Source: an uncultured Planctomycetaceae bacterium
GTDB taxonomy: Bacteria; Planctomycetota; Planctomycetia; Planctomycetales; Planctomycetaceae
Assembly: GCA_964430385.1 (NCBI GenBank)
Contig: CAYSHJ010000129.1
Location: 58,584-82,583 of the forward strand
Direction: 5' to 3'
DNA length: 24,000 nt
The notes under the pieces were generated by a model, which did not search any database, was not told where the DNA came from, and worked only from the letters and a program-made list of their open reading frames with translations. The translations under genes were made by a program, and so were the position numbers. Below are positions 21,784-24,000 of this stretch, piece by piece (within the stretch, counting starts at the first letter, position 1; each line of letters starts with the position of its first letter).

Positions 21784-22488
21784 ATGCCCGCGTCGAACGG
21801 ACTGAGAGAACTCCATGAGCTCCACCTGAAACTGAAGGACGTGCAGGACCAGTTGGAACGCGGCCCGCGACTCATCAAGGCCAAGGAGAACATCCTGGCC
21901 AAAAAGCAAGCTGAGCTGGACCAACTGAAGGCTCAGCACGTAGCGCAGCGAAAACTAGCGGATCAAAAAAACCTGCAACTCAAAACGAACGAAATCAAGC
22001 TGGCGGATCTGAATACCAAGCTGAACATGTCGAATTCGAACCGTGAGTTCGACATTCTGAAGGGCCAGATCGCAGCCGACATGATGGCCAACAGTGTGCT
22101 CGAGGATGAGATTCTGGATTGCCTTGAACAAGCCGATCGAATCAAGCAGCAAGTCGCCAACGCCGAGAAGACCGTCGCTGACGCCAAGGACGAAATCCGC
22201 AAGACATCCGAGCAAGCGGCAGCCGCGGAACCCGGTCTCAAAGTTCGAGCCGCCACGTTGCGCGTGTCCCTGATCGAGGCCGAGACCGTGCTCAACGTGG
22301 AGGTGATGCTCGTTTACCGCCGACTGGTGGGCGCTCACGGAGCCGAATCACTGGCCACAGTCGAGAACGGTGTCTGCACGTCGTGCTATGTGACACTGTC
22401 GCCGCAGCAAAATGTCGACTTACGCACCGGCAAGATCATGTTCTGCCGTAGTTGCGGAAAGCTGATCTACCTCAAGCCGGCGGAATGA
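21784..22488 (+). CDS. COG1579/DUF164 coiled-coil protein with C-terminal C4 zinc ribbon
   Basis: 234 aa. GGAG lies 8 nt upstream of the ATG. A long coiled coil is followed by CTSCYVTLSPQQ...FCRSCGKLIYL. Confidence 0.75.
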   Translation: MPASNGLRELHELHLKLKDVQDQLERGPRLIKAKENILAKKQAELDQLKAQHVAQRKLADQKNLQLKTNEIKLADLNTKLNMSNSNREFDILKGQIAADMMANSVLEDEILDCLEQADRIKQQVANAEKTVADAKDEIRKTSEQAAAAEPGLKVRAATLRVSLIEAETVLNVEVMLVYRRLVGAHGAESLATVENGVCTSCYVTLSPQQNVDLRTGKIMFCRSCGKLIYLKPAE

Positions 22489-22679
22489 GGAACCGGGCCG
22501 AAATATCTTCCCAATGTCGCACTTACGTTCGCCCGCGCGCGATGCGGCCGTTGATCACTAATGCGATCAGCAACACCACGCCAGCACCGGACGAGCATTC
22601 GAGTTCGTCATAGTGTCGGCATTGTGACTAGTCGGCGGTTGAGTGCCAGTGACTCGGACGCTTCCAACATCCGGCTCAC

Positions 22680-23492
22680 TTACGCCGCCTGGGATTGAGC
22701 GGCTTCCATCGTGAGCACTTCGTCCACAAGCGACGTGTAGTCTTGTGATCCAGCCGACTTCGACTCGTAGTCAAAGATGGATTGGCCAAAGCTGGGAGCT
22801 TCCGCCAGTTTGATGTTGCGGCGGACTTTGGTTTGAAAGACTCGCGCCTGTGCCCAGGGAGTTTGAGTGTCCGATTGGCTCAGGAAGTTCGTGAGATCAG
22901 CGATCACGTCGCCGGCCAGTCGTGTGCCCGTTTCAAACAAGCAGATCACGACGCCGGTGACTTTCAGCTCGCGATTCAATCGCCGCGTCACGCGCGCCGT
23001 GGTCTCCAGCAGCCTCGACAATCCTTGCAGTGCGAAGAAGTGTGGTTGCAGCGGAATGAAAACTTCTTTCACGGCCGTCAATGCGTTGATCGTCAAAATA
23101 CCCAGCGATGGCGGGCAGTCGATGATCACATAATCCAGCGACTGCGATTGTACGAGCTGTTGCAGAGCCCCGCGCAAGATCAGTTCTCGATCCTGCACGG
23201 CCGCCAATTCGACTTCGATGGCCGCCAGATCGACATTCGCCGGCACGACCCACAGGTTCGGGGCCACGAGATGACGGACGTCAGCCAACGTTTTTTCGCC
23301 CGCGAATACTTGATAGATCGTCGGCATCGACCCCGTCGCGTTAACACCCAAGTGCATCGACGCATGTCCCTGTGGATCGAGATCCAGCACGCACACCTTG
23401 CGTTCGCGCGACGCCAATCCCGCCGCCAAGTTGACGCTGGTGGTCGTCTTGCCCACGCCTCCCTTTTGGTTCATCACTGCGATCGTCCGCAT
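22680..23492 (-). CDS. parA: ParA/Soj-family P-loop ATPase
   Basis: The deviant Walker A is [25 protein letters not shown] and IIDCPPSLG motifs are present. 270 aa. No parB is adjacent. Confidence 0.8.
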   Translation of the reverse strand: MRTIAVMNQKGGVGKTTTSVNLAAGLASRERKVCVLDLDPQGHASMHLGVNATGSMPTIYQVFAGEKTLADVRHLVAPNLWVVPANVDLAAIEVELAAVQDRELILRGALQQLVQSQSLDYVIIDCPPSLGILTINALTAVKEVFIPLQPHFFALQGLSRLLETTARVTRRLNRELKVTGVVICLFETGTRLAGDVIADLTNFLSQSDTQTPWAQARVFQTKVRRNIKLAEAPSFGQSIFDYESKSAGSQDYTSLVDEVLTMEAAQSQAA

Positions 23493-23661
23493 GGGATTCC
23501 CTTCCCGAAGTGACTGCCCGCTCGACCGAATCCGGCCCGAAAACCGCGCCGCCGAAATCTGCCTTCCGCCAAGCGGCGGACTGTACTGCGAACGCGGCGA
23601 ACGCGGAAAGACGAGTTCCGGCCACGACGAATCAAGAACAACGAGGCCACAAGGGCCTGGG

Positions 23662-24000
23662 CTACGGGACGTCTTTCACTCCCGCGAGCCGATGCACCGT
23701 CAGCCACTCCGAGACGGTGACTGGCTGAATTGACAGTCGTGATCCCATCCGGAGCAGCAGCATCGTCTTGAGGTCAGAGCAGGCTTTCAGATCGTCGCGC
23801 GTGATCGGCTTGGGAAAGACTTGCAACAGTCGAATGTTGACCATGAACCAGATCGGGTTATCCGGGTCGCTCTTGGAATCGTAGTGGCAATTCTTTGGAT
23901 CGAAGGCGGTGTGGTCGGGATAGCCCGCCTGGACGACCAACGCCGAGCCGACAATCGCCATCGGTTCGGTGTTGCTGTGATAAAAGAAGACGCGGTCACC
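23662..24000 (-). CDS. EVE (PUA-like) domain protein, 5' end outside window
   Basis: The frame stays open to nt 24000, upstream of the ATG at 23961 (..[48 protein letters not shown]..). The FYHS and W-x-x-V patterns fit the EVE/DUF55 family. Confidence 0.65.
   Translation of the reverse strand, partial: GDRVFFYHSNTEPMAIVGSALVVQAGYPDHTAFDPKNCHYDSKSDPDNPIWFMVNIRLLQVFPKPITRDDLKACSDLKTMLLLRMGSRLSIQPVTVSEWLTVHRLAGVKDVP

Noticed and set aside
22489-22679. Convergent intergenic region checked for tRNA, a small ORF or a terminator
   Set aside because: No cloverleaf-compatible arms and no hairpin with a U-tract were found. The only candidates are start-less hydrophobic mini-frames (for example ..GAGVVLLIALVINGRIARGRT*) without ATG or SD.

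Overview
GC-rich 24-kb segment with dense coding on the + strand from nt 2 to 22488, followed by two minus-strand genes. Gene content and repeat types suggest a Planctomycetota chromosome; this is inference, since no marker gene is present. There are three layers. (1) An envelope cluster: a 5'-truncated large protein, a secreted coiled-coil/low-complexity protein, and a 928-aa BatA-N/vWA/GATase1-like membrane protein. (2) The dominant feature is 11 full-length copies (one frameshifted) plus one truncated copy of a ~280-aa signal-peptide protein family that I cannot assign to any named family. All copies are on the + strand between 3978 and 18446. They are interleaved with the vWA gene, a SAM methyltransferase and a 4-TM protein. 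Each copy is itself an internal duplication of a ~90-aa module. (3) A housekeeping block: recO, a BamD-like TPR lipoprotein, an LptE-like lipoprotein and a COG1579 zinc-ribbon protein, then a minus-strand ParA-like ATPase and a partial EVE-domain gene. Superimposed on these is an IS200/RAYT-like Y1 transposase bracketed by ~97-nt composite inverted REP modules. There are also several unrelated hairpin or hairpin-doublet (REPIN-like) elements, three of which lie in frame inside CDSs. No rRNA, tRNA or CRISPR array was found by eye. All family calls rest on motif recognition only; no searches were run.
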